NCBI GenBank assembly: GCA_016748015.1
Contig: JAAOMT010000525.1
Location: 255,636 to 319,635 of the forward strand
Reading direction: 5' to 3'
Length of the DNA: 64,000 nt
From: Geosiphon pyriformis uo1
Lineage: Eukaryota > Fungi > Glomeromycota
The notes beneath the pieces are model-generated. The model searched no databases. It saw nothing but the letters and a program-made list of their open reading frames with translations, and was not told the origin of the DNA. Every line of letters starts with the position of its first letter. The stretch's first letter is position 1. Made by a program: the position numbers and the translations under genes. Below are positions 1 to 13,285 of this stretch, piece after piece.

Positions 1-347
1 GCATTTGGCTGAGTTACATGCATGAAAAAATAATAAGGCTCATCATGTTTATTAATAAAAAAAGTTTATTTACATTCTTGATGATGATGAATCAAGATAA
101 TTCAGTACAAGAGATTTATAAGAGGGAGAGTTTTCACTAATTTAATAATATTAAGTCTAAGTGAAAAGTGAAAATTTAATTCCAGAAGGTGATGTTCGAG
201 GAAGGTAATATATTAATAAAGGGGAAATTATACAAAATTATATATATCTTTGGTTTTACAACGATTTTTTGGCAAATGTACTGATACAATTGCAATTCAG
301 AAAAATAAAATTAGACATTGGATTTCACAAAAATTAATTAAATTAAA

Positions 348-1139
348 TTAAATTATATGGAATGGACCGCTGTAAAGAATAAGGAAAAAGTGAAATCTGC
401 GTTAGACAATGAAAATAGTACCTTGTACATTTCGATTCATCAAATCAAATATGAATAAAATTCTCACCTAAAAGTAATACAGTTTGGACCTTCAGCACTA
501 CTTCCCCAACTTTTCAGTGTAAACTTAGTGGCAGTATCATCGTTGCCATAGGTGACCCAGTCGACAGTGTTCGGAATTGTAAGAGTGGTAACAAGAGATG
601 CTTCACCATGCCCATCAAATGGTACTTTCTCTGAACCAACTCGGAGGTCAGCAACCCAACCATGTTCGTAGTACAACTCAACAGAATCAATAGCATTGAT
701 GAGAGAATCATTTTTCTCGTAGTAAACTTTGATGGGCTGGCCTCTTTGAAAGGTTTCCGATCCTTCTGGTGATACAATCTTGAAATCTGTCAAGCAACAG
801 ACAAAAAGGATGCGAAATTGGTCAGTAACAAGACTCGGCTTGTTTAAAGAAAAGTTATAGGAGGTTTTCTTTTTGACATTCAAACATACCTTGACAATTC
901 ATTACGATGGGACCATCTGTTGAGTAAAAACAAAAATGGTAAAAATTTTAAGAGAGATTTTTGAAAGAAATATTTTTTTGATTCTTGCAAAAATGAGTCA
1001 GTCAAATTATTCAATAGATTTTAATATTACCTCTTTGGCGTAAATTTAAGGGTATTGCGCTAGTTTGTAAAATGCATAGGAGCAATATACTTGAGATCAA
1101 TAGTAGAACGGTTGAAAGGAACTTGGTATTTGAAATCAT
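348..1139 (-). CDS. Small secreted protein, 158 aa, 4 exons (1031-1139, 890-916, 468-786, 348-369); probable beta-sandwich resembling Kre9/Knh1 N-terminal Ig-like domains; paralog of 2495-3289
   Basis: Hand splicing with GT..AG introns (phases 1,1,2) gives an open 477-nt CDS: MISNTKFLSTVLLLISSILLLCILQTSAIPLNLRQRDGPIVMNCQDFKIVSPEGSETFQRGQPIKVYY...KFTLKSWGSSAEGPNCITFSGPFHII*. Hydrophobic signal peptide, basic propeptide end (RQR), two Cys in the mature part. The fold call rests only on the I-x-S-P...G..I.V and terminal S-x-x-F-x-I motifs (inference). Confidence 0.88.
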
Positions 1140-2494
1140 GATTTGGTTGAAATGAAAAAAATTTATGTTCAAAATTTCTTAGAATGATAAATAATCCTTT
1201 GGAAAAAAAAGAGATTTTTTTTTTTGGTAAAGAATATGAAAAATATTCGATTTTCTGTCACTGAAAGGCCAAAATGTATCTCTTTTTATAAATAATCGAG
1301 TATTAAATAAACAGAAGCTCATTTTAGACGTGTATGGACGAGAACGATGATGATGATTATTAAAATCTCATGATGACTCGAGTGACCATGATGTCATTAA
1401 CAGTAATGATTTTCTCAACCCAAAAATAGACTGAGACCCGACAAAAGTTCCCCATGATTAAATGTCGGGTAGCTCCATCTTCTAGTGAAGGGGGCTGATT
1501 GATGAAATTTAAGTTTGTCACCAAACAGAGAACATCGAGATTTCGACAGGAATCCGCCAAAAAAAAATTCAACTTGTAACCCTTTTATCGTCATTGTTAT
1601 GCCTGAACCCGGTGCTAAGACACAAATGTATATATGGGTACTTATTTTATGTTTGGCCAAATATTCAACCCTTAACGATTATGGCAAAGATCATAGCTGA
1701 TCCGGAGATTTTTAAATATTATTTTTCAGTTCCCCTAATATTGATCAACAGAATAAACGAAACTAGGCTTTTTGGTGGACATGTAATAATGATTTTGATT
1801 TCTCGTAGCGAAAAAACTGGCGAGAATACAGGGGTAGCAAGTTGGAATAAAGATCGAAATTTGAAAAAATTCTCGAGACATCATTATTTTGATTATCAAA
1901 TATCATGCAAGCCACACACTACTGAAGAGGCTTTTCAATTATCACAACTTTCCAGAACAATACGGGTATTGTCAAGTTGTGATAATTCAAAAGCTTAACA
2001 CACTCACAACCATGAACAGCCACAATTAGGAAACAATACCAATAGAACCAACACCAAATGAGGCAGTGCAAGCTTGCAGAATTTCAAAAAAGAATCGTTT
2101 TACTTTTTTTTTCCCTAATTTTTTTTATCAAAGAAATCCCGAATTCACAAGCTTTACTTTCCTTGAAGCCACAAAAGAAATTGAAACGAAACTAGTTCTT
2201 TGCATGTTTTCTGGGTCGTTTCATAGATAAATCCTTTGAAAAAAAAAACGTGCTTTGACGTTGGCCTGAGGCTAATGTCTCGGGCCCAGCGTGTTGGAAG
2301 GTCTTGCTCTTCCTGTTTTTCTATCTCAAGCGTCATTATAAAAGTGGCAATCCTTTTGTCACCTTTCAAACTCCTTTTTAATTGTCAAAGAAACTTTTCC
2401 CTTGTCTTTTGTTTTACTTTGACTCGACAAAAATCATTGTTTGACAAGTTGCTATTAATAATTCTCAAAAAGTCAATCACCTTTTCTAAATCCA

Positions 2495-3289
2495 ATGTAT
2501 TACACAAAATTCACTTTGATAATATTAGTTCTCTTATGTGTCTGTTCCATGTTCGTCAATGCGGCCCCGAGTAGACTAAGTAAAAAGATATATGATTTAT
2601 AGTTGAAAGATAAATAAATTTTTTTTAAACCTTAGGGAGAGATAAAAATTAATTCTTTTTTCGATTCTTCCCATAACAATTACAATAGAGATCGGAAAAC
2701 GTGATCCAAAATGTTCAGGTAAAAAACTTTTTACCAAATTGGAATTCAAAAGTTGCTTGCACATCTTTACAATATATCACCAAGTAATTGAAATACTAGC
2801 TAAATGTAATTTAATTTTTATCTTCGACATGTATTTCACACAACCCTGCATATTCAGAGTTTAAAATAATTAGCCCAAAATCTGGTGATGCTCTACCTAA
2901 AAATGGTCAAGTGACGGTTCAATACAAGAAAAATGGATCAGGAGTTGACGAAGTTACCTCGGTTGATCTATACTACGACAAAGGTGTCGTCGCATTCCTA
3001 CCTACCCAAAAAACAAAATTTGACTCAAATGGTATCGCTAAAATCAAGATTAAATTAGATATGCCCAATAATTCAGATATAAAGTTGGGAAAAGGCCCTG
3101 GCACGACTAATTTCAAGTTTAAGAGTTGGGCTAATACTCGTGAGGGTCCTCATTGTACTACTTTTAGGTGAGGGTTTTTTTTTTCTTTTTTAAAAGCTAT
3201 GAAGATTATATGAACTTTCATTTCTGATAATTGACCGATTTTCATTCGAATGAATTTTCAATAGTGATGATTTCAAGATTGCCCCTTAA
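2495..3289 (+). CDS. Small secreted protein, 149 aa, 4 exons (2495-2579, 2689-2718, 2858-3167, 3265-3289); paralog of 348-1139
   Basis: Spliced 450-nt CDS: MYYTKFTLIILVLLCVCSMFVNAAPSRLKIGKRDPKCSEFKIISPKSGDALPKNGQVTVQY...NFKFKSWANTREGPHCTTFSDDFKIAP*. Signal peptide and KR Kex2 site. Same intron positions and phases as the upstream gene, with shared motifs CxxFKIxSP, SV[ED]LYY, FxxKSW and EGPxCxTFS. Confidence 0.88.
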
Positions 3290-3499
3290 AGATTGTTGAA
3301 TCCTTCCCTTCTTTAAATTTGCACCTCAGATCACTCAAAAAAAAATTCTTTTTGTATATCTTTTGTGAAACTATGCCCATCAGCAAATATCTTCTTTTTG
3401 TAGATACATGTTTCCTAAATACTCACTTTTGAGAATTTGTTTACTTAGTTACCATTTCCCTCTTGATTGCAAAACAGTTCTATAATAATAAAGATGATA

Positions 3500-3500
<1 letters not shown>

Positions 3501-3533
<33 letters not shown>

Positions 3534-3546
3534 GTAATAATAATAA
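3501..3546. repeat. (TAA)n microsatellite
   Basis: About 15 near-perfect TAA units downstream of the second gene. Confidence 0.9.
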
Positions 3547-6500
3547 AATAAATCAAGTTGTAAATGGAGAACTGCTCAAATTCATTCCTCAAAAAAAATT
3601 TTTTTTTTTTTGATTCATTTTCGAAAATCCCGTTTGTTAAACGATCGCTGCCAAGATTCATATATTGAAAGAAAAGAAGGTAAAACTGGAGATTAGAAAT
3701 CAGATATTCTCGCAAGTTCCCTCAAATGCAACGGCATGCGCGTCATTTAATCACAATGGAAATGCATAACAGATATCAACATCATAGGGATTCATTAAAG
3801 ATCGATCATTGATGTCGTATTGTTCTCATGATTACAACTACGCCAAATATCATTAGGATACCGTTCATTCGGATAATGTACCGTTCATTTATTCCATTTA
3901 GCCGTGAAATAAAGTTAGTTGGGGGAATATATATTTTTTTTTTTTTAGTCTCGGAGATCACCATCTGGCAGCTGATTTAGGTTCCTCATGAATAGCATTT
4001 GTTAGGAATGATTTTCATATTGCTAAAATTAAAAATGTTTAATAATAACCTGGGTACAACACAAATCTCACGGTCACTGGCATGCTGTCAAATTATAATC
4101 AGTCAATAATAATAATGTCAATAACAAGTTGAATAAAAAAATATAATGAAATTTTGTTTCTGAAGAATATTCTATTTTATGAAGGTCTATTAAAAACAAG
4201 AATTTTTGAGACATTAAAAGTTCCTCGTCAAAGAAAAAGAGAGAAACTCCTTTAAAAAAAAACAACAACAACAACCAGTGAAAAGAGATGTTAATAAACT
4301 GATTGATTATAATCTTTGGATGTGGAGGGATTAATTTCATTCACCTAAGGCTATGAAACGTGGTCCAAAAAATCAAATATACATTAATTTGGTAGCTTCG
4401 AGGAACCATCTTTTCTGAAAACTCTTATGTGCATGAGATGATAACTTGTCTCATTTTATGATTATTCGAGATATGAAGAAGACGACGAAATTTAATCATC
4501 TTGTACGTGTAATCCTGGTTATTTTGATCAAAAAACCTTAAATTCCCAGTCTTTGGAATGAATTAATCTAGTATATAATTGTGAAAATCTTTATTTATTT
4601 ATTTATTTATTTTTTGAATATATGAAAATATAATTTTTTTTTTTGTGATCAGCTGCTGCTTTGATTAACCAAAGCAATCACTTCATTAAAATTTAATTGT
4701 ATCATCTTTTAATTTTTATTTTAATTAGAAAATTATGCCATTCCGTTTTCCAAATATTTAAAAGTTAATATTCGCCCAAACTTTATTTTATTATTAAAAT
4801 TTTGTCACATTCTTGTTTAATAACCTTTAAAGAGTTTCTTTAATCCTGTAAGAAATGATTCGAATTTCTATATCTTAAAAATATTATGTAATTATTTTCC
4901 AAAATGAGCAGCAAAAAATTTTCTTTTCATTTCCCCCTGAAAAAAAAATAGATCACATTCTAGAAATCTAACCTGAATAATCATGCGAGATTTTCCCTTT
5001 CACCACCTTTGAGCATTTGAAAATTTATAAGCGAGGCGATGATTATTGTAAGTTCAAAAAATAATTCACTCACAAAATTGTAATTAATTTGGATTAATTA
5101 GGAAATGAGTGGTTTATGCGAGAATTACAAACTTATACTGAAAGTTTGTTAGAATTTGGTTTTGATTATCCGTTATTTGATCAATGAATTTTGAACAATG
5201 TAAAAATGTGATTGTATAGTTTTATCATTTTCAAGGGGACACAATGTTAATTTTTTCAAAAAAGTTGGGATTCTTTTGATCAATTTTATTTCATCATTCG
5301 ATTAATAATATTTCTAAAATAAAGAGTTATTTTATTTTGAATAATTTACTCAATCACCCATTGTGTTATCAAAAGATTCCATTTTTGATACATTTTTTAC
5401 TTTGAAAACAGCATGAGAAAATATTTTTCTTTTCTTTTGACCTGGAATAAAACAACAATATCAAGTAACCTAATATTCAAAATTTTATTCCTCCAATCGT
5501 TTCATCAGGTTTCTATTTGACTTTGAGGCTGAATTCAAGATATATGCCTAAGATGGTAAGGTCAAGTTGTAAAAAAAAAATAATAATAATTATTAGTATG
5601 ATAGTTTTTTTGTCGTAGTTTACATCCTAATTATAAATTATCCAGATATCTAATATTTGTCAGCTGATATTTTTTATTAAAACAGAAAAAGTTACATTGA
5701 TATTAGAAGCTTTCACAATAATCTGTTTTTGTTTTTTAGAATTTTCGTCAAAGCCTTTTGATATTAGAATTTGTGATTATCATATCTTTTTAACCATTTG
5801 TAATACAACTTTCAATTACCGCTTTTATCTCACAATAGAAAAAAATTTAGGAGAAAAACAGCAATTTCAGGGGATCTTATTATTTAAAATAATAAACACA
5901 CATAATGAGTTTAATCTCAAAAGTGATTTTGATTAATGTATTTTTGATCGAGGTGTTTTGATCGAAATGCTTAAACTGTTCCGAGGCCGAATTAAGATAT
6001 AGAATTTTTTATAATATAATTAAAATCTTATAATTTTAAAACAAAAAAATAACATAATCTGATTACAATACAAAAAATTCTTAAAAAAAAGTTTTTTGGC
6101 AATTATTACTGTTTTTAACCAATAACATTATTATTTTATTAGCATTCAGCATTTAATTATTGTTTTTTGTAATCATAAAAATTTTTAAGAATAAATTCTA
6201 GGGTTTTTAATTCCCATAATCAAAGCTCAATGGTTAATTTTTTATCATTCCAGTTTTTTTGTATTATTTGAAATTTAAATCTAAAGAAAATAATAAAATT
6301 TATAATTAAAAAAACTATATTACTTAAAACCAAATAATTAAAAATTATTGCTTGCTTTTTTTTGTTTTGATTCAAAGTTTTTAACCAATTAAACAAGCTA
6401 TAAATATTGATAATTTTGCTGATAATTTTATTAACAATATTTCAAATTTTATTTTATTTACCATAAAATATAAATATGATAATGAATTTTATTTTACAAT

Positions 6501-7329
6501 AATCAGATTTATGTTTTAAAAAGTTTAGAATAATTACAAATCATTAAAAAAAAATTATAATAACTTATTTACTAAATATATAAAATCAATAAAACTCTTA
6601 AGTTAATTATTAAAAATTTTGGTAATTATTACAAAAAAGTTAAATAAAATTTTTATAAATTTATATAATATTTGTTTTTAGTTTAAATTTTATTTTTTGG
6701 TTTATTATGACTTTAGTTTATCTTTAAATAGTTTTAAAGATTTATTTTTTAATAAATTTATATATGGTCAAAAAAATTGTTTAATTAAAATAACTTACTT
6801 AATTTTATGGTTAAAAAGTATATTTTTGTAAAAAATAGCTTAATTAATTCTTTAAAACATTGTTAAATAATATAGTTTCTAAATAAAATTGTTTTAAATT
6901 ACAGTTTTTAATTTGTGTTACAATTTTAAAAATATTTCTTTGAATTTTTAATATTAATGTATTTTATTGTTAAATTAATAATTAAATTGAATATATTAAT
7001 TAAATTATTAAACAGTATTTGTAATATTTATAAATTATTAACAAAATTTTAATATATTAATATCATTTAAATCTTAATTAAAACAATATTATTTGTTATT
7101 AATTATGAATAAAATACTTAATTTAATATTTTTATAATTAAAAAACAATAAAATTTACTGTTAAAAAGTATATTTTATAATGAAAAAAAAGCTAATTTTT
7201 GAACTTAAAAATAGTATTAATAAGTATAAAAAAAAATTTTATTTGTTTTAAATAATTTAATAAATTATTTTTGTAATTTATAAAATAAAACTACTAATAT
7301 ATATTAAGATTTGTAATGTTTTTTACATT

Positions 7330-10200
7330 TTATTATTAATATTTTATTTTAATTCAATTTTATTTAATCATAATTAATCTTATTAATATTATTATATTAG
7401 CTATCTTATTTTTAAAATTAGTTATTAATATAATTATTAACTTATTTATTAATTATTGATTAAATTATTAATTTTTTTTAAGAATACATAAGCAAAACTC
7501 TTTAATACTATATAAAAATATAAAATTTAAATTAAAGCTTTAAACAAAAATCAATACAATAATATCAATTTTTTTGTTTTTTTTGTTTTTTTTTTCTTAA
7601 TTTATATAAATATTAATTTTTGTAAAATATATTAAATAAATATTTATTAAAAAACATAACTAATATCTAATATTAAATTCTAAAAATATTAACATAAAAT
7701 AAAGAATTATAATAATGTATTATTTTTTATTAACAATATAAACTATCTTTCTATTTAAAAAATTTTTTGTTATCTTTTAGAAAAATAGCAACCAAATTAT
7801 TTATAAGACTAATTTGTTTATTAAAGTTAAATTACTATTTTATTATTTTTATTGTTGTATAATACTGTTTTTTTTTGCTATTTATTAATATATTATATTT
7901 AATTATAACATAAAAGTAATGCTTTTTATAAAGTTATTAAACTATTGAATTTATTTACTATTATATAAGTAATTACTTTTTTTTAGCACAAAAAATCAAA
8001 ATTTATTTTATTGTTTATAATTAAAATAATTTATTTTATATTAAACTTGATTTTTTTCTATTTTTAACCAATTTTTTTTTAAGTTTAAAATTCTAAATCA
8101 ACAAATTTATAATTAAATAATTGATTGTTAATTGATTAAAACTTTTGTAAAAATTAAAAACAAAAAAATTATTAAATTATTTCTATTTTTAAACTCTTTT
8201 AAAACAATTTAAATTTTTTATTTCAAATTTCAACAACTATTATTATCTTTACTAAAACATATATATTACTTGTTTTTCAAAATATCCAAATTATTTTAAG
8301 TTACTAAAATATAAATTTCTTATTTTTATTTAGTAAAAACTTTTAAGATTCAATAAAATAATTCAAAAACTTTAAAAAAACTGTTATTATAAGCTAGTAT
8401 AATAATAATTATAAGTTTTAAATTGCTAAAAAATATTTTTAAAATTTCTGGCGGTATAGTTTACTTAAAAAATTGCTGATAAAATTGTTCAAAAAATTGT
8501 TTAATAGTTTTTTATAAATATTAGTTAAAATAAAATTTTTTTACCACCAGATTTAAAAAAAATTCAAAACTATAATATTAATATTTAAGTAAAATTTAGA
8601 TTAAAACAAAAAATACAAGAATTAAAAAAACTTGTTATTAAATATGCTAAAACAATTTAAAAGTTAATAAAACAAAAAGATTTAAGAAAAAACTAAACAA
8701 AAAAACAAAAAATTTAATTTTTACCAAAAATTTACAAACAAATTTATTATATGTTCTATGATTTATTTTTGTTATAAAAAATAATTTAACATTAAATATA
8801 TATAGAAAATAACCAAAAAATATACTTAAAAATATTTTTTTATCTTAAATATTTGTTTTAATTTTAATTTTTGTTTTTTAAATAACTGCCATATTTTTTA
8901 TCACTTATGTTTAAAATTTTAATAAACAATTAATAAACAGATTAATTACGGATTTTGTTAGATTCTTGAAATCTTAAGCTCAAATTATTTAAAAAAAAAT
9001 TAAAGTTTTTAAAAATTTTAATATTAATTTTATTATAATTAGCTACAACAATATTAATATAATTTATTTAAAAACCAAAAATTTTCAGTCTGTTATTAAT
9101 ACAAAAATACTGACTATATAGCATAAAATTAAACAATTTTTCTATGGTTTTACTAAATAATAATTAAAAGAATAATAAAAACAATAATAATTATGCTTCT
9201 AATTAAATTTATATTAACTTTTTTGAAGAAATTTTTTAATTAAAACAATGGAATATTAGTTTTAAATTAATAAACACATTTTTTAAGAATAAAAATACAA
9301 ACTAAGAGAAAAACAAATTTTTGTTTACTTTAAATTTAATTAATAATGATATAGAATTATAAAAGCAAAATAGCGAACTATTTAGTAAAATTTAATCCAA
9401 AAAATTGAAAATAAACTTTAATATAGATTTTAGTACTATTATTACAATATTTAAAAACAAGAATAAAGTCCTAAAATTAAAATTGTTTAGAAATTAAATT
9501 TTTTTTTAATAATAAAAAATTTAATAAAAACTTTAGCATATATTATTTTTAAACAGTTCATAATATATTTACAGTTCCAAAAAATCTTTAAAAAATTATT
9601 GATATTTAAAAAAAATCAACTTAAAATCAACAAATATTTTTAATAAATAACTTTTGTTCTTAATAATAATATTATTTCTCTAAATTTAATATTAAAAATT
9701 AGTTTATTAGTTAATATAATAGCTTAATATTTTTTAAATATAATTAAAAAAAAGTTAATAAATTATTAACTAAACTAATAATTAATATTTATAATAAATA
9801 TAATAATAATAATAATTTTAATATTATTAAAGCTATTTTAATTTAAATTAATAAAGTATGTATTAAAATTAATAAAAATATTAAAATTCAAAGATTATAT
9901 TATAATCATAAAAAATAAATAATTAAAAAAAACAAAAGCTTTTTTAAATTACAAACTATATAAACTTATAATTTATAATAAAATTAAATTAATTATAATT
10001 AAATACCAATATTAAACAATGTTTTTAGAAATAATTTAATAATTATTACAATAGCAAAATAATTATAATAATAATTTTAATAATTTTGAAAACTTTAAAA
10101 TAAAAAAAGCCAAATTGGCATTTATTATTTTTAGCAATAATTAAATTTTTTACATAATATGCAAAAATTAACAAAACTTTTGTAATTAATAAAAAACTTA
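7330..10200 (+). mobile_element. Extremely decayed Ty3/Gypsy relic related to the 20334-28181 element (5' LTR about 7330-7910, PBS 7917-7933)
   Basis: ATAACA-TAAAAG-TAATGCTTTTTATAAAG at 7905-7933 matches the LTR end and PBS of the intact element (ATAACA-TAAAAG-TGGTGCTCCCTGTGAGG) with only G>A/C>T changes. 7740-7830 resembles the LTR 3' half. The downstream limit is approximate. Confidence 0.65.
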
Positions 10201-10219
10201 GCTATTAATCTTATTATTA

Positions 10220-12490
10220 TTTTTTTATTAACTTTTAATGAGTGAGACCCAAAAGCTACCTAGAACAATATATTAAAGAATTAATTTAAACTAGGCATTA
10301 ATCATGTACTTTCTACACATGACTAGTCATTTAAACCAGTCAAAAACACACTATACTGATGCTACAAAAGAAAACTTATCCAAAGACAACATCTTTTAAA
10401 TAACAAAAAACAAAGTTGTACTACAAGATACCAAACCAACTAGTCACTTAGTAGTTTTAAAGAGATTAGTTTTAACATCAACAGACTTATGTTCCCAAAG
10501 AGACATCAAGTTGAAAAACATCTCATCACTAACAACAGGCAGAAGCTCTGAATCACCAGACATATCAATGTCCTCTATGTAGCATTCCTTTTTTAAAGAA
10601 ACTACTTCTCTTTCTAACTTATCAACAGTTCTACTAAAAAAACTCATATGCACCAAAATCTTATTGATCTTAAGATCAAGAGCACTACTTAAAACCAAAT
10701 TATTATTAATAAACTGTTCAAAAGTTGTAACCAAAGAGCCAATAGACTTAACAATAGACTTAACCAAAGCAGAAAGTTTAGTTAAATCAGATTCTAAAGA
10801 AGACAATCAGAACAGCACCAAAAGATCACTAAAAATAACTGGAGAAGAAACAAAAGGTAACAGAAGTGGAAATTCAGGAGAGTTCAAAGAAGCAGAAGTC
10901 TTGGCATAAGATTTGGAACCAACAAAGTGTGGTGTAAACACCTTAGAAAACTTGAGAGGGGGAGATAGAGAAATCTTACAGTCTGTAGCCAGATGGTCCA
11001 GCTCTTAATACTTGAAACAATACTGACAACTAGGAGTTTCTTACCAAATACAGCATTTCCTTAGTGTACTAGTTTTGACAATAGTAGAGTCCAAATCAGC
11101 TTGGGAATCAAATGTAACCAAAGCAAACTGGAAATAATGACCAGACTCAGGAAAATGAGGAATAAAACATGTTCAACCACTTACTTAAGAAATCATATCA
11201 CTAATTTCAAAAGCTGTGCATCTAGAAAGAAGATTGACCAACTTGGTCTTAAACTTATTATGAGACAAAATAGTCTTATTTGATTTACCAGAAAGAGGAT
11301 TCTAATACTATCCTTGCCTATTAAAACTGATTAATGATTCAAAGCAGATATAGCAAAGTCTAATTTCTCAAAATAAACCACCACATACTGCCAAATGCCA
11401 GCAGGTTTTAACACAACACAAATAATACTAACAAACACACTAAGAGTCATCTTAATGTCAATAGTAAACATATTTAAGAGCACATCATGCAATACAACAG
11501 CAGTAAAAGGAGAACCAGACTCAAAAATCACCAAAAACTTGGCAATTTTGAGAGTGGCCAAATGTACAGAGCTTGTAAGCTTAACCAAAAATGCAGTTTC
11601 TAAAGATACTTAAAAAGCAAACTCTACACAAAACAGCTTTACATTGTTTTTTAATACTGACTTTACACCCAAAAAACCATGTACTGACTGAAAAACAGCC
11701 TTAACATAAGCCAATTTGATCTTAAAAGTAGCACCAAGTACCAGAGTAGAGGTCACCCACCCAGCAAATTTTTGACAACTAGTAATAGTTTTCCAAGTAC
11801 CATCAAAAGTAGTACCAAAAACTAAAAGAGGAAATAATTCAGTTTCTATTTGATTAACCCAATTCCTAAGAACAGGTGACTTAACAGAAGAAGATTGCTT
11901 TGCTTCTAAAACTGGCAATGATTTGCTAAAAGACACCACATTCAGCAACACAGCTAGTGGTTGATCTTGGCTTATCTTGGACAACATACTGGATGATGCT
12001 ATAGAGATTTCATTGGGAATCACAAAGGAGTTTGGTGTAATAATAGCAGAGGCAAGTGACTGTTCCCACTTTTCTGAACTTTTGGTCTTTTTGACCATTT
12101 TTTTGAAAAGGTAGTGCTAACAGCACCAGGTGTTAAATCTATGGAAGGAAAAACCAGGTTATTTACTGATCTATTATTAAAAACTTTTAGGCTCTTAGTT
12201 AAAGTGGAAGCAACACTGGAACTAGCCCAAGTGTGTCTCTTTGAGGGAACTTTGACTGATAAAAAACCAGCCAAAGATGAGAAAGTTGCTTTAGTGTTTA
12301 CCAAAGACAGCTTATTATGATTACTGAGTAAAAAGAAGGCTTCTAAAACGTTTTGTCTAGTTGTTTCTACAACAAAGAGAACTTTTCTGGTTGAAATTTT
12401 ATTAGATATCTTAGAACAGATATTAGGTACAGCTTTTCTACTCTTTGCTCTGGTTTTGGTCATAAAATTAAAGAAACAAAGAGTTATATT
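10220..12490 (-). mobile_element. Non-autonomous ORF1-only LINE derivative (about 2.3 kb) with LINE 3' UTR and A-rich tail
   Basis: ORF1-like reading frame from 12463 to TAG at 10351. It is followed directly by a 3' UTR (10240-10350) alignable with the LINE 3' UTR at 61625-61736 and by a T-run on the plus strand. Candidate TSD TCTTATTA at 10209-10216 and 12492-12499. Confidence 0.75.
10351..12463 (-). pseudogene. LINE ORF1-like protein, disrupted (RRM-like segments, decayed CCHC knuckle, C-terminal coiled-coil-like helix)
   Basis: ORF-track pieces 12020-12463, 11610-12098, 11331-11588 and 10444-10806 are collinear. Knuckle remnant CFKY*ELDHLATDC near 10975-11020. Confidence 0.7.
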
Positions 12491-13285
12491 TTCTTATTAC
12501 AATATGCTTAAAAATGTGTTTAAATAAAATAAAATAAAACTGTTAATAATATGGCTTTTGTATTTAATATTTATATAATTATGTTTTCTATTTTTTAAAT
12601 AATAAATATAAATTATGTCTAATTTTTATAGAAATTAGAAACTAATTAATTTAATTCTTAATAAAAAATTAAAGCTGTACAAAAAATATTTAAAAAAGTA
12701 TTCAAAGTTCAATTTTTAATTATTAAACAAAAATATCTTTTAAAAAAACAGAAAAATTAATATCAAAAATCTATTAATCAAAAATAATGCAATAATATTA
12801 AAAAAAAAAATTTTTTAGATAAACTAATTTTATTTAACATGTAATTAAAATAAAAATAGTTATCTTAACTATTTAAAGTTATATTAATTAAATTATTAAA
12901 TTATTAAAATAATAAGTTTATCAAAAATAAATAAATTAAATAGAAAAGCTTATATAAAAAACGAAAAGTAAATATATATTTTCAGTTGTAATAATATTTA
13001 AAAAAAAACTTTACAATTTTACATTAATTATTACAATTTTTAAATAAAATATATACTTATTTCTAAAAATTAACAACACTTTTAATAAATTTAACTATTA
13101 GATTTTGGTAAATAAAAATGAATTTTGCTAGCAGAAAAAAAATCACATTTTTTATAAAATATAACTTACAAATTTATAGTTATGTCTTTTAAATTAACAA
13201 ATATTCTACTTATTTTTTAAAAATTAATAGATAAAATATTTAAACCAATATATTATAAGTTTATTTTAACATATTTCAATAATAT

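Noticed and set aside
370-400. In-frame alternative acceptor (GCAG) in the last intron of gene 1, adding RFHFFLILY
   Set aside because: It lies directly after the CTAAC branch point, and the downstream TACAG gives the S-x-x-F-x-I end matching the paralog.
1360-2574. Several 60-134 aa ORFs between the divergent genes
   Set aside because: Mostly non-ATG starts, no motifs, mutually overlapping; consistent with promoter and UTR sequence.
3449-5936. Short Ile/Phe/Leu-rich ORFs
   Set aside because: Products of the TAA microsatellite and AT-rich sequence.
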